Positions 52,453 to 64,000 of a stretch of 64,000 nucleotides of DNA are shown here, piece by piece (within the stretch, counting starts at the first letter, position 1; each line of letters starts with the position of its first letter). The notes under the pieces are model-generated. The model saw nothing but the letters and a program-made list of their open reading frames with translations, was not told the origin of the DNA and ran no database searches. This stretch comes from Octopus sinensis (Eukaryota): assembly GCF_006345805.1 (NCBI RefSeq), contig NC_043006.1, positions 79,050,001 to 79,114,000 of the forward strand, given 5' to 3'. A program made the position numbers and the translations under genes.

Positions 52453-52535
52453 TAACGACACGTGTTTCGTGGCTATATTTAAGAAATGATAATAGTAAAA
52501 TCACTTCAATACAAATATAGTCACTCTTCAGGTTA
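52453..52535 (-). ncRNA. type I hammerhead ribozyme, canonical core
   Basis: Minus strand TAAC-CTGAAGA-GTGACTATATTT-(32 nt)-AAATATAGCCAC-GAAAC-ACGT-GTC-GTTA; stem I 4 bp, stem II 11/12 bp, palindromic stem III, GUC site. Confidence 0.82.
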
Positions 52536-52689
52536 AAGATAAAAACAATAAAATAATTAATTAGATAAATTAATAAGTATACGTAAATAATCTTGTAAAA
52601 TACGAAATATCTTAACAAATATATTCTTATTTAAATATAAAAAATAGAATAAAAAATAAGATACAATTAATTAAAATATTTGAAACAAA

Positions 52690-53634
52690 TATATATATAT
52701 ATAATACAAAATATACATTAAGTGAAAACTAAATACTATAATATAATCTATATACATTAAATTAAATTATTAATTAATTTATTTATCTAATAAACATCTA
52801 AATAAAATATTATACTCATTAAGTAATTTATATTAAAAACCTTAATATTAAGTAATATACATTATGTTAGTACAAGCTATAAATATTAGAATTAAAAATA
52901 GGAAATGGTTCAAAAATATACACACCTGTTATATAAACTAACAATATTATTAATATATATGTAATATCTATAGATTTTATATTTTACTCTATTATATAGT
53001 TGACAAAAATATCAATTAATATTAAACTAATTTACTTAAATGTAATACTACGTAATAAATAGACCACCTAACTATTAAATAATATATTGTCATACAGAAC
53101 TATTTCTCAAATTACATGTAATACGTTAAATCATATTATAAAAATAATAATAAACTTAATAAATAAATAGATATACATATCATTAATAATTATCAAGAAA
53201 TTTTATATAAATTAATATTTTAACAACAACAACAACAACAACAATATTATTTAATAGTTAGGTGGTCTATTTATTACGTAGTATTACATTTAAGTAAATT
53301 AGTTTAATATTAATTGATATTTTTATCAACTATATAATAGAGTAAAATATAAAATCTATAGATATTACATATATATTAATAATATTGTTAGTTTATATAA
53401 TAGGTGTATATATTTTTGAACCATTTCCTATTTTTAATTCTAATATTTATAGCTTGTACTAACATAATGTATATTACTTAATATTAAGGTTTTTAATATA
53501 AATTACTTAATAAGTATAATATTTTATTTAGATGTTTATTAAATTAATTAATTAATAATTTAATTTAATGTATATAGATTATATTATAGTATTTAGTTTT
53601 CACTTAATGTATATATTGTATTATATATATATAT
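52690..53634. repeat. ~945-bp AT-rich fold-back (arms 52690-53085 and 53244-53634)
   Basis: About 390-bp arms differing by a few substitutions and small indels; ~160-bp spacer ending in (CAA)n. Confidence 0.95.
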
Positions 53635-53669
53635 GGGGTTTAACGCAGGTATAATTCAAATACTTTTAC

Positions 53670-53752
53670 TTCTGACACATGTTTCGAAGATTTCGCTGAT
53701 ATTATTCCAAAGGAATAAATGGTGTAAAACAATGTAATCTTCTCTTCGGGCA
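53670..53752 (-). ncRNA. degenerate hammerhead motif (CCGA core variant)
   Basis: Minus strand CCGAAGA-GAAGATT-(loop)-AATCTTC-GAAAC-ATGT-GTC; stem II 7 bp perfect, stem I not evident. Confidence 0.5.
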
Positions 53753-54409
53753 AATGAAGAAATGAAACTTGTTAATAAGACATTTTATCAGAAAATGATG
53801 GATATGTATAGTGATTTTAATATTAATATTGTTTGAAAAACGTTATATGATATAACGTCAGAAGTAGCCTATAGAAAGAGGAGGGATATTTTTTAGTGAA
53901 ATATATTTTTTTAGTTAAATATAAAAAGAAAATTAATGTTTAAATTATATATAATGATAGAGATTACTTATATGGACTAAAGATGTGTTTTTGCAAATGT
54001 TTACATCGGTATTCATGCTCTATAACCGTGTTTACTAGGGGACTTTTAGAAAAAATAATGAAAAATATTTCAGAATTACAGAGAATTCCTTGCCTTTGTC
54101 ATAAGGTATCGAGGTTGAGAGAATCAACCATTCTAAATTAAATTTTTCATTGTGGTCTTTTAGATCCCAAATTAATTTACTGAGCCCTGTACTGTTACGT
54201 TTATTCCTATCCCTAAATGTTGAGTAATGGATAGAAATTCTTTTAGATAACTGTAACGATGTGCTTCCAATGTAAAATTGTACTTTATTATGAGTACTTA
54301 TTTTACACTGGTATATAGAATTTTTAATTTTAGAGCTACTTCACATAGACTTAATTCTGTTGGAATTGACTTCAGATACAATAAACTTGTTATCAATATA
54401 TATAAGTTA

Positions 54410-55144
54410 CGGGGACGTAAACACACCAGCATCGGTTGGGGACAAACACACATACAAACATATACACACACATACATATGCGTGTGTGTGTGTGTATACG
54501 ATGGTCTTCTTTCAGTTTCCGTCTACCAAATCCACTCACAATGCTTTGGTCGACCCGAGGTTATACCAGAAGACACTTGCCCCAAATTTTGGCAAAAGAC
54601 CAGTTATTTCGGGAAAGCGGATAAGTCTACCTCGGCGGAATTTTAACTCACAATATGAAGATGTACTAACGACTTTTTAAATAGTTTTAAATAAATAAAG
54701 ATGGCCGATTTTTAAATAGTTTTAAATAAATTTTACGAAGGCGGTGCGTTGGCAGAACCATTTAGCACGCTGGATAAAATGCTTAGCGGCATTTCGTTCG
54801 GCTTTACATTCTGAGTTCAAATTCTTCCGAGGCCGATTTTGCCTTTAATCCTTTCAGGGTCAATAAAATAAGTTGAGCACTGAGCTCGATGTAATCGACC
54901 TGTCTCCAACCCTAAATTGCCGGCCCTGTGCCAAAATTTGAAAACAGCCACGGCCCATTTGGCAGGTAGGCCTAACCCGTCGCTTGGATGAACACCACCA
55001 CCTGGGACACCTTTAGTGTAAATCCATTCCAGCGGGTTTCCGGTTTGAAGATATTTTCGTCTCCAGTTCCCATCAGTCTCAGAAGCTCTGTAAATTGTCG
55101 CGGGCTCTGCCTTCCTTCCTGACTGAAAGGGAATTAATATGTGC

Positions 55145-55194
<50 letters not shown>

Positions 55195-55794
55195 CATCGT
55201 CACCACTGTCGTTAACGTTGTTCACGCACAAGTTAACCCCGATCGATCACATTTCAACAAAAGCATTTTATTCGAGCCCATCCCGACATTTTTTTTACTT
55301 CTTACAAAATTGTTTATCTCAGATTACAATTATTATTCAATACGTCTTTCTCCCACATTTTTTCTTGAGACTAGAATGTGTCATTTGAGAGAGAAAGAGA
55401 GAGAGAGTGGGGTACAGAGACAGTCAGTCAGACAGATAGACAAAGATTTGCTTTGGTTGCTATTTTCTCGCAAATAAAATACCTACCTACAAGGCTTCCT
55501 CCGTGACAAGTGGTTTCGTTCTAGGGTTGGTGAAGTTCAATTAGGTGGAGGCGCAATGGCCCAGTGGTTAGGGCAGCGGACTCTTTTACTCTTTTACTTG
55601 TTTCAGTCATTTGACTGTGGCCATGTGGGAGCACCGCCTTTAGTCGAGCATGTCGACCCTAGGACTTATTCTTTGTAAGCCTAGTACTTATTCTATCGGT
55701 CTCTTTTCCCGAGCCGCTAAGTTACGGGGACGTAAACACACGGTTGTCAAGTGATGTTCGGGGGACAAACACAGACACACAAACATATATACAT

Positions 55795-55836
<42 letters not shown>

Positions 55837-56200
55837 GACGGGCTTCTTTCAGTTTCTTTCTACCAAATCCACTCACAAGGCCTTGGTCGGCCCGAGGCTA
55901 TAGTAGAAGACACTTGCCCAAGGTGCCACGCAGTGGGACTGAACCCGGAACCATGTGGTTGGTAAGCACATGGTTACCACACAGCCACTCCTGCCATATA
56001 AAGCAAAATCGTTAACACGCTGGGCAAAATGCTTAGCGGCATTTCGTCCGTCTTTATGTTCTGAGTTCAAATTCCGCCGAGGTCGACTTTGCCTTTCATC
56101 CCTTTCGAGGCCCATAAAATAAGTTCCAGTTGAGCACTGAGGTTGATGTAATCGATTTACCCCCTAGCTCGAACTTGCTGGCCTTGTGCCAAAATTTGAA
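54410..56200. mobile_element. cluster of SINE copies (B minus 54410-54600, A plus 54740-54945, C head 55545-55582, B minus 55585-55995, A plus 55995-56200)
   Basis: Same diagnostic motifs as other copies. Confidence 0.85.
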
Positions 56201-56492
56201 AGTAATTACTGATGTATATGTTATTGTTGTTGTTGTTGTCGTTCGTGTTGTGTAGTCATGTGTCATGCCAGAGTGGGCGGACCAATAGTCAAACGTATTC
56301 CATCTATGACCATCCCATGATTTTGTAGATTTATATCTAGGACTACATTGTCCAATGTTTCCATCCTTATTTTTAAGACAGTGGAATGTGATATGAAAGA
56401 ATCTGATCAATATTTCTAACTGGTCGAGCGACCTCGTATAGACAGGCTCTCTCTGTAGGTGTGTCCGACAGTTAGAGAATGAGAGTAGGGCT

Positions 56493-56618
<126 letters not shown>

Positions 56619-57419
56619 ATCATTCATGAATAAATTTTAAATGTATGAATATATGTGTATAAGAGGACAGTTGATCTCATGTAAAAGACGGCCCCGACTA
56701 TTTTTAGCCAAAAAATTGGGAATTTCCCATAGACCCGTATTTCACGATCAACAGGACAATATTTGTGGGTCAAGGTACCGTATTATCCTGTACGTAGAAA
56801 TAACACTGTTACAAAATTGTGAGGCTACCTTATTGTAGCCTACTCTATAGGTGGATGCTTGGCGCTTATAATGGAGTGCTTAGTGCTTATAGTAAAACAT
56901 CATTTAATAGCGAACACCACACATCTGTTGATGGGAGCTACATCACCATTACAAAAATGTATGCACAGGATATGCTGCAAGCCTGTGTACTTCTTCAAGC
57001 ACAATAGACACATGCGTCATACACTTGTTCTTTACATGGTGAGAAACATGGCGAGACTCGTTGTTTAGATGGTGAAACAGCACTATTGGCGAACACTGGC
57101 AAACGCCGTTGTCTGAATTCGTACAAAGGCATGGCTTTGGTAATCCTAAAACCATTCAATTAATCGCTAGATCAGTGACTCCCATGTGACCTTTATATTT
57201 TACTAGACGTGAGTTTCGGTGCATAGAATTGGTAATACTACTGTAATACATTGTTTTGGCTTTTATTCGCTTACAAATCATTTGGGTTTCTGCTGTTGAT
57301 ACGGTACTTCGTATTCTAGCTTGAATTTTAGCCCCTCAAAAGTAGTATCTATGTAATAGTCGACCCCATAAATTTGACATTAAAAAATGATCTAAAAAAT
57401 TCGACTTTTATACGGTGTG

Positions 57420-57450
<31 letters not shown>

Positions 57451-57649
57451 TGTGTGTGTGTGTGTGGTGTGTGTGTGTGTACAGGCAGAGGGAAATAGCC
57501 GATCATGCACCGTTCGAGTAGTCCTCACTGACGATGACTACAGTATAGGCGGAACTAGATCTAGTACGGAGACCCTCGAGTCGGTCATGGGGCGGTTACA
57601 TCCCTTGTCTGCATGTGCGTATACATGTGTATACAAGTATGTATGTGTT

Positions 57650-57925
57650 ATTTCTTTATTGCCCACAAGGGGCTAAACATAGAGGGGACAAACAAGGACA
57701 GACAAATGGATTAAGTCGATTACATCGACCTCAGTTTGCAACTGGTACTTAATTTATCGGCCCCGAAAGGATGAAAGGCAAAGTTGACCTCGGCAGAATT
57801 TGAACTCAGAACGTAAAGACACACGATATACCTATTTCTTTACTACCCACAAGGGGCTAAACACAGAGGGGACAAACTAAGACAGACAAACGGATTAAGT
57901 CGATCATACCGCTAAGCATTTCACA
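57650..57925 (-). mobile_element. SINE family A partial dimer
   Basis: Junction atatac|ctatttctttac at about 57830. Confidence 0.85.
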
Positions 57926-57935
57926 GTATAATCAC

Positions 57936-57986
<51 letters not shown>

Positions 57987-58398
57987 TAATGGTGGTAGTC
58001 TCTCGTAGTCCAAGAAAAACGGTTCTGCAATGCTTTGCCAAACAATCTGCACAAATGATTTGTTTATAATGATCAAATGTTCGTGCTTCACATTAGTTTA
58101 CTCCCTCCACCAAATCGACGTTGCTTGAACTGGTACTCAAGTGTACCACTCCTCAGGTATCGAAGTGATCGTAGAGCGACGAAGTTTTTAGTTGAATACC
58201 ACAATGCACTATCCGATCCAGAAATTGAAACCGTGGTCGTGACTGCAACACCAAACCCACTAGGCCATACACACCTTGTATATGTGTGTGTGTGTGTGTG
58301 TGTTGTGTGTGTGTGTACACAAGTAATCACATAAATGCAAAACAATGTGGAAAAAATAGTACTCGAATACCGAAGGTTGAGTAATATGCAATTTTATT

Positions 58399-58550
58399 AA
58401 AGCTGCAAAAACATCACAAAAGAACTGCTACTCAGAGTTTCACGTTCCCGTTCGTCGGACAGTTGTGATCAAGAAATGTGATCGCAACTGCCCGACAAAC
58501 GGGTACGTGAAACTCTGAGTAGCAGTTTTTTGTGATGCCTTTGCAGCTTT
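58399..58550. repeat. ~72-bp-stem hairpin made of two head-to-head hammerhead-like units
   Basis: Arms 58399-58471 and 58479-58550, 7-nt loop; units at 58423-58464 (-) and 58486-58527 (+). Confidence 0.9.
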
Positions 58551-58638
58551 TTGTAAAAAAAGAAACCCTTAAAATAAATTACATGTCTCAAGGACCTCCC
58601 TACACAAAAATAATTACATACCATATCTTTCTCATATT

Positions 58639-58667
58639 TTTCATCGTAGTTCACGTGGTAAATATCA

Positions 58668-58734
<67 letters not shown>

Positions 58735-58795
58735 TGTGTGTGTGTGTATATATATATATATATACATGATATTTACCACGTGAACTACGATGAAA
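58639..58795. repeat. perfect 30-bp inverted repeat flanking a (TA)n/(GT)n tract
   Basis: tttcatcgtagttcacgtggtaaatatcat (58639-58668) and its exact reverse complement (58766-58795). Confidence 0.95.
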
Positions 58796-59826
58796 TATAT
58801 ATATATATATATATATAATATATATATATATATGGTTGTTATTTATTTATTTATTATTGATAACATTATAGGCTTGATAGGAAGATGTCTATATTACTAT
58901 ATTACAATAACCAATGGTATGTTGTGCATGTAAAGTAATATTACGATCATGAAATTAGCATTAGCTTATCTCGCTCTTTTTCATGGAACCACTAGGAACC
59001 TTTTACGGAGCCCTAGGGTTCCGGGAAACCCCGATTGAGAAACGCCGTATGTATGTACACTCACACAGCCCTTTGTTACTGTATTTCTGATGTTGAGTGC
59101 CTAAGTATTTTCGAAATTAGACGGTTTCTCAATTTCACTATTTTTATCAATTCTTAATTAGAAATCGGAATATTTCATACATAATTTGTTTAAATTCATA
59201 CATAATTTCAACTATTAAACTTTAAAATAAATAAATAAATAAATAAATAAATAAACAGGGCATATGCCACCAAGCATTTGGCGGATGGAAGTATTCGTCT
59301 GTTTGAGAATCACTCCGCAAAACCATTTGGCTTTAGTATGGCGAGATAGCAGAGAAAATGTCGTCGCAGAGGTACACAGTCTCATATTAGCACAACAAAG
59401 ATTTACGTAACATACTTAAAAAGCAAAAAAATTTGAAATGCATAAAACTTTAATGGTAGACAATATAATTATCTGTTTGTTGACTATTTGAAAAACAAAA
59501 TAGGGCGTATCAACGGAGAAAATCTAAAGCAATTAATTCGTATGAAACAGGTTTTACGTATAATGTTTACATTGCGTTTCAATTGCGACTAATTATAAAT
59601 TAGTATAACAATACAGCAAAATTACTATAACAATATCGTTATATTTTAGGAAACAATATAGAATGGACTATAAAAATAGATTTTATAAAAATCAGGAATA
59701 AGTATCAGGGAACTGTGTTTTGTTGTATTGTGTTACCTGTGTATCGCATCACGTATTTCTTACGCCAATGTAAATTTTCGAACGCAGTTGATCCCTTTCA
59801 TTTTGAGTTAGCTAATTATGGTACCC

Positions 59827-60120
59827 GTGGAGGCACATTGCCTAGTGGTTAGAGCAGCGGACTCGCGATCGAGGGATCGCGGGTTCGAATCTCAGACCGG
59901 GCGATGTGTGTGTTTATGAGCGAAACACCTAAGCTCTACGCGGCCCCGGCAGAAGGTAATGACGAACTTCTGCTGACTCCTTCACCACAACTTTCTCTCA
60001 CTCTTTCCTCCTGCATCTTGCAGCTCACCTGCGACGTACCGGCGTCCTGTCCAGGTGGGAAACCTATACGCCAAGGAAACCGGCCCTATGATCCAGGTGT
60101 GACTCGAGAAGGAACAAACA
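59827..60120 (+). mobile_element. SINE family C-related copy with a third 3' module
   Basis: gtggaggcacattgcctagtggttagagcagcggactcg head with B-box gttcgaatc; tail cctgcgacgtaccggcgtcctgtccagg. Confidence 0.82.
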
Positions 60121-60224
60121 AAATAACTATGGAACCCAAAAATAGTCCCAGTTACCCCACAGGTCGTTGATATCCAGTACTTTAATGAGTTCTATTTAAG
60201 AAAACAATATGTCTAAGATTCTGT

Positions 60225-60440
60225 GAGCGGCAAGCTGGTAGAATCGTTACCACGCCGGGCAAAATTCTTACCAGCATTTCGTCGGTCTTTATGTTCGGAG
60301 TTCAAATCCCGCTGACGTTGACTTTGTCACTCATCTCTTTCGGAGTTGATAAAATAAGTACCAGTTCAACACTGGGATCGATTTGATTGACCAAGCCCAT
60401 CCCTCCGAACTTTCTGGCCTTGTTACAAAATTTGAAACCT
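60225..60440 (+). mobile_element. SINE family A, diverged
   Basis: gcggcaagctggtagaatcgtt..gagttcaaatccc. Confidence 0.75.
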
Positions 60441-61936
60441 ATATTTCTGAGAGCATTCAAATTATTTCTGTATTTTTCTTCAGATATGTATTCAGAATAC
60501 GTGAAAGGTGCAGTGTCTACACCAAATGCATCTTTATTATTATGCGCCACCGTTTTATCAACAATGGGAAATAATCCATAATTTAGAGGAGAAATACAAG
60601 CATTGTTTCATCTCTCTCCTAGGATTGAGTAATTACGAAACAACGATATATTTTGCTATATTCAATCGATTTTGCGATCGATACCTGGACGCCGCATTTT
60701 GTTTCTATTTTCTCTCTCTCTCGCTCCTTATCTATCTATCTCTTACAACCTTTATGTCTAGTTAAGATTTTAGCTTCCGTAGTTTAAGCTAACTACGACT
60801 CTTTTAATACGGCAATGTATATAATCAGGCCCATGCGAATTTGGTCATAGGCTCAAGTCAGATATGAACGGTCGGCCTCCTTTCAAACTATGTAACAAAT
60901 ATTTGAGAAATCAGTGTTAAATGTACATGATTTATATGTGGGTTACAGGTATGTATATGCATGTAGATATGACGCGTGGAGTACTTAGTAACAGAGAAGA
61001 ATAAAGAACTAGAAATATTTTATGAAAAAGTTATTCTTTACCAAAGCGTCTTTACGTTATGTCAGACCAGTGAGGAAAGGGTCTCTCGAAATCATAAACC
61101 CATACAAACTAATAATGTCAAATGACTATATTTTAAAAGTAATCATTTGTTAGAGTCCACTAATTCAATGATTCTCAAACTGACAAATACCACACCGCCA
61201 CTAAAAATATCATTTGCCCACCCCTGGTGTTATTTATGAGAAAACAGGTCAGAGTTGGCATTCATATCATTTTTTCATGCTTTATCATGGTTACAGATAG
61301 GTTTATACGTTGAAAGCCATCTTAATTTTATTACCTATCAACCTACTTAACATTCTTCAAAGACCAGTTTGTTCTCCAGGGGAGTGTTTGTTGCTCAGTA
61401 TTCCTTCCTCCGAGAAACACTACATTAATTTGGATATTATCTGCTTGAAATAATGTCAGATATCAAAATTTTCAAACATTGTGTTCAACCCAATTCATTT
61501 TGGGCTCATTGGTTAAGAAGTTTGCTTCGCTACCAAGTGGTTTCAGGTTCAATCCCACTACATAGACTAGTGCTTTCAACTACTCTCAGGCCGACCAATG
61601 CCTAGTCAATGAAATTGGTAGACGGTAACTGTACGAAAGTATGTGTGTGAGGGAGGGGTTGTAAAGAATTATAGAGAAGTTTGATCTAAGTAAGATCTTG
61701 GTTAAGAATAAATTTCTTAAAGCTATTTTGTAGTATCTGGTGGATTTAACACTGCCACGCCTTTTCAAAGAAAAGTTTCATTATATATTTAATCTCTTAT
61801 GAAATTTAACTTTATGAAAGAAAAGAAAAAAGTTTAATAAAGGCATATAGTAATTTCAGAATGTATTTCAAGGATTTCTCTACAGTAAGAAAAAGATTGG
61901 GGTATGTCTGAAAGATGATATACGGTTCGCATCACG

Positions 61937-61997
<61 letters not shown>

Positions 61998-62220
61998 GTG
62001 TCGCTTTCTTAGAAGGCGGACAGTGCCTAAAACCCTTGACAGAGCCTCCAAGATTGGTTGGAGTTATGGCGAGCGGGATGAATGGGAAGAGAGGAAGAGA
62101 GTGATAAAGGGATTCTCAAACCAGAGAACTGGTCTGAACGCGTGCCATGCTCTATGGCTCAATTTCTTAAGATGTCATTAGGTACAATGTATAGGGACAT
62201 CTCACTACTTCAAACAGACA

Positions 62221-62445
62221 TACGAGGGTCGGCTGAGAAGTTGATAGGCCAACCAAGATACGCTCATGGAATAGATCAAATTAGGTTTATTTTGCAATAA
62301 ATGCTCAACGTACTTCCCAGCCAAATTTTTTTCATGTTTTGGAATAGATGATATTCAGACGGGGAAAAATCAGAACAGAGAGGGTGATCAACCAGTTCAA
62401 AGCAACAGTCACGTACATCAGCCATTGAAACCTAGGACTTGTGTA
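62221..62445 (+). mobile_element. mariner-derived MITE remnant
   Basis: TA-cgagggtcggctgagaagttgataggc TIR-like start. Confidence 0.45.
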
Positions 62446-63039
62446 ATATTGTGTAAATATTCTTTTCCTTCTATTGGTTTCGAGGAGCTAAGAAAAAGCC
62501 GCCCTACTACTAAGCCACAGATCAGAGATGTTCGATCCATTCTGTCAGCCTTCAGTTTTGATGGTAACTTGCATGTGATTGACGACTAAAATTCTTCGAA
62601 ATCGACAGTTCCTAAATGTCTAATGAATACTCGGGAATCCATCACTTGACAAATAAGCAGTTTCACAATTTTCAATATCTTACAACATTATCGATCAAAA
62701 GTTTGTTTTAAAAAGATCAAAAGTATCAAACTACTTAGAGGGTTGTGGTGTTATATTCCTTTTTCCAAATCATCGAAAGAATATATTTGTTTTGCAAGAT
62801 TTTTGATGTGAAATCGTGTGTTGAAACAGATATTGTTGTATTTAGGAATGGTCATTTTGCCAGTTTAGCCAATAAAAATACACTAACTAAACATAGACAC
62901 ACATAGAGGTATATGCATGCGCAAATGAAGACACATACAATAGGAATACAAAATACAAAATGGCTGACCGTTTGTAAGGAGAGACACACAAATAAGAAAG
63001 AAGAAAGCAAAGGATCATCAGGATTAGAACTCTCTCATG

Positions 63040-63700
63040 TCTAGTGTTTATCTGCAGTCAGTCGTCACGGCTACGACATGATTTGATATGTTTTCTCCAT
63101 ATTGATCGGTTTTTCGCTTCGGTTTGCCATTTATCAAGACCAATTCCTTTACAGGTCATATTCCTTTCCGCAGTATATTTGAACCTCAGTCTAGATCTTC
63201 CATGGTTTCTTTTCCCTTTGCATAGCTGAGAATAAAGGATTTGTCAAGGGGGTCTACTGTTGTCCATCCTGCATTCCGACCAACATAAATTTTTCTATCA
63301 ATAACAATTTCAATCTCAGGAAGCAGACCAGCATGTCGTAAGATCTCTTTATTCCTGATCTTGTCAAAGAAAGTGATATTCATAATTTTTCGCGGCTGTC
63401 TCATCATATATGCATGTAACTTGTCTAGTGTACAGAACCGAAATCGACTACTGAAGCTAGAGTTGCAGCCGATAGTGTTTGATAATGTTTGATTAAGCAG
63501 ACGTACAACCAAAGGTGTTTCAAATAATCGAAAACATCCCACCTTTTTTTGTGTGTGTGAAATTAGAACTGACTGCATTTTCCAATGTATCTTTCTTGTC
63601 TCGTAGCATGTTTGACTGCTATTTCTAGCACGTCAAGAAATGATCGCATGTAGGCTGTCTCGCTGGTCCTCTTGATAGTTCTAAAGATAGCAAAGGTAGC
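63040..63700 (-). mobile_element. decayed RTE LINE 3' fragment
   Basis: RKIMNITFFDKIRNKEILRHAGL..YAKGKETMEDLD resembles the RTE C-terminal region. Confidence 0.65.
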
Positions 63701-64000
63701 AGAGGGTAACTAGATGCAATCCTCAAATATTCTCAATTCGTACAATCTTGTGTATTACTCACTGTTATGTCATGTAAATAAATTCAGTCGGTCAGCAGTG
63801 AAATGGATACATTAAACCTGCGATACATTAAACCCCAATGAATGTTAGCTTGCAAAAATACCACAAAATCAATACTATATTTACTCTGGTAGTTTGACGT
63901 AGAACAGGCGAATAATACATACACACACACACAAATAAATAAATAATATATATATACATACACGTACATAAAATAAATACATTATTAAAAACATATATCA

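Larger units (their letters stand above)
52230..54360 (-). mobile_element. Penelope-like element 3' end (GIY-YIG plus AT-rich terminal region with two hammerhead motifs)
   Basis: Open frame 54328->~54080: IKNSIYQCKISTHNKVQFYIGSTSLQLSKRISIHYSTFRDRNKRNSTGLSKLIWDLKDHNEKFNLEWLILSTSIPYDKG. Confidence 0.8.

Noticed and set aside
52690-53634. Mitochondrial control-region NUMT
   Set aside because: AT-richness is suggestive, but no mitochondrial gene or tRNA is adjacent and the block lies between two hammerheads downstream of a PLE endonuclease; not excluded without BLAST
56830-57200. piggyBac-like cysteine-rich tail on minus strand
   Set aside because: Cys spacing only loosely fits; no TTAA or TIR identified
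60387-60581. Host exon after ttttcttcAG acceptor
   Set aside because: No recognisable protein similarity and the ORF start overlaps a SINE

Overview
Repeat-dense animal genomic DNA, very probably Octopus (coleoid cephalopod), judged from recognisable tRNA-derived SINE families, AT-richness and very abundant microsatellites. I see no convincing host protein-coding exon, so the window is probably intergenic or inside a large intron. It is a nested mosaic of three tRNA-headed SINE families (about 30 copies), LINE remnants (RTE, Tx1/L1-like, CR1-like, R4/Dong-like), Penelope-like elements (PLEs) with GIY-YIG endonuclease remnants, Tc1/mariner and Merlin DNA transposons, and simple repeats. There is one 100-N gap. 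The most interesting layer is not in the ORF track: about nine hammerhead-ribozyme-like motifs, read and paired by hand, lie in PLE-type terminal repeats. One has a fully canonical core (52453-52535, minus strand), and several sit in or beside large fold-back palindromes. Hammerheads in PLEs are established biology. Their density, the recurring CCGA core variant, the fold-back architecture and the multimeric SINE with a fixed junction are the points worth testing. Most element boundaries are approximate (+/- 10-30 nt) and family names come from motif recognition, not database searches.
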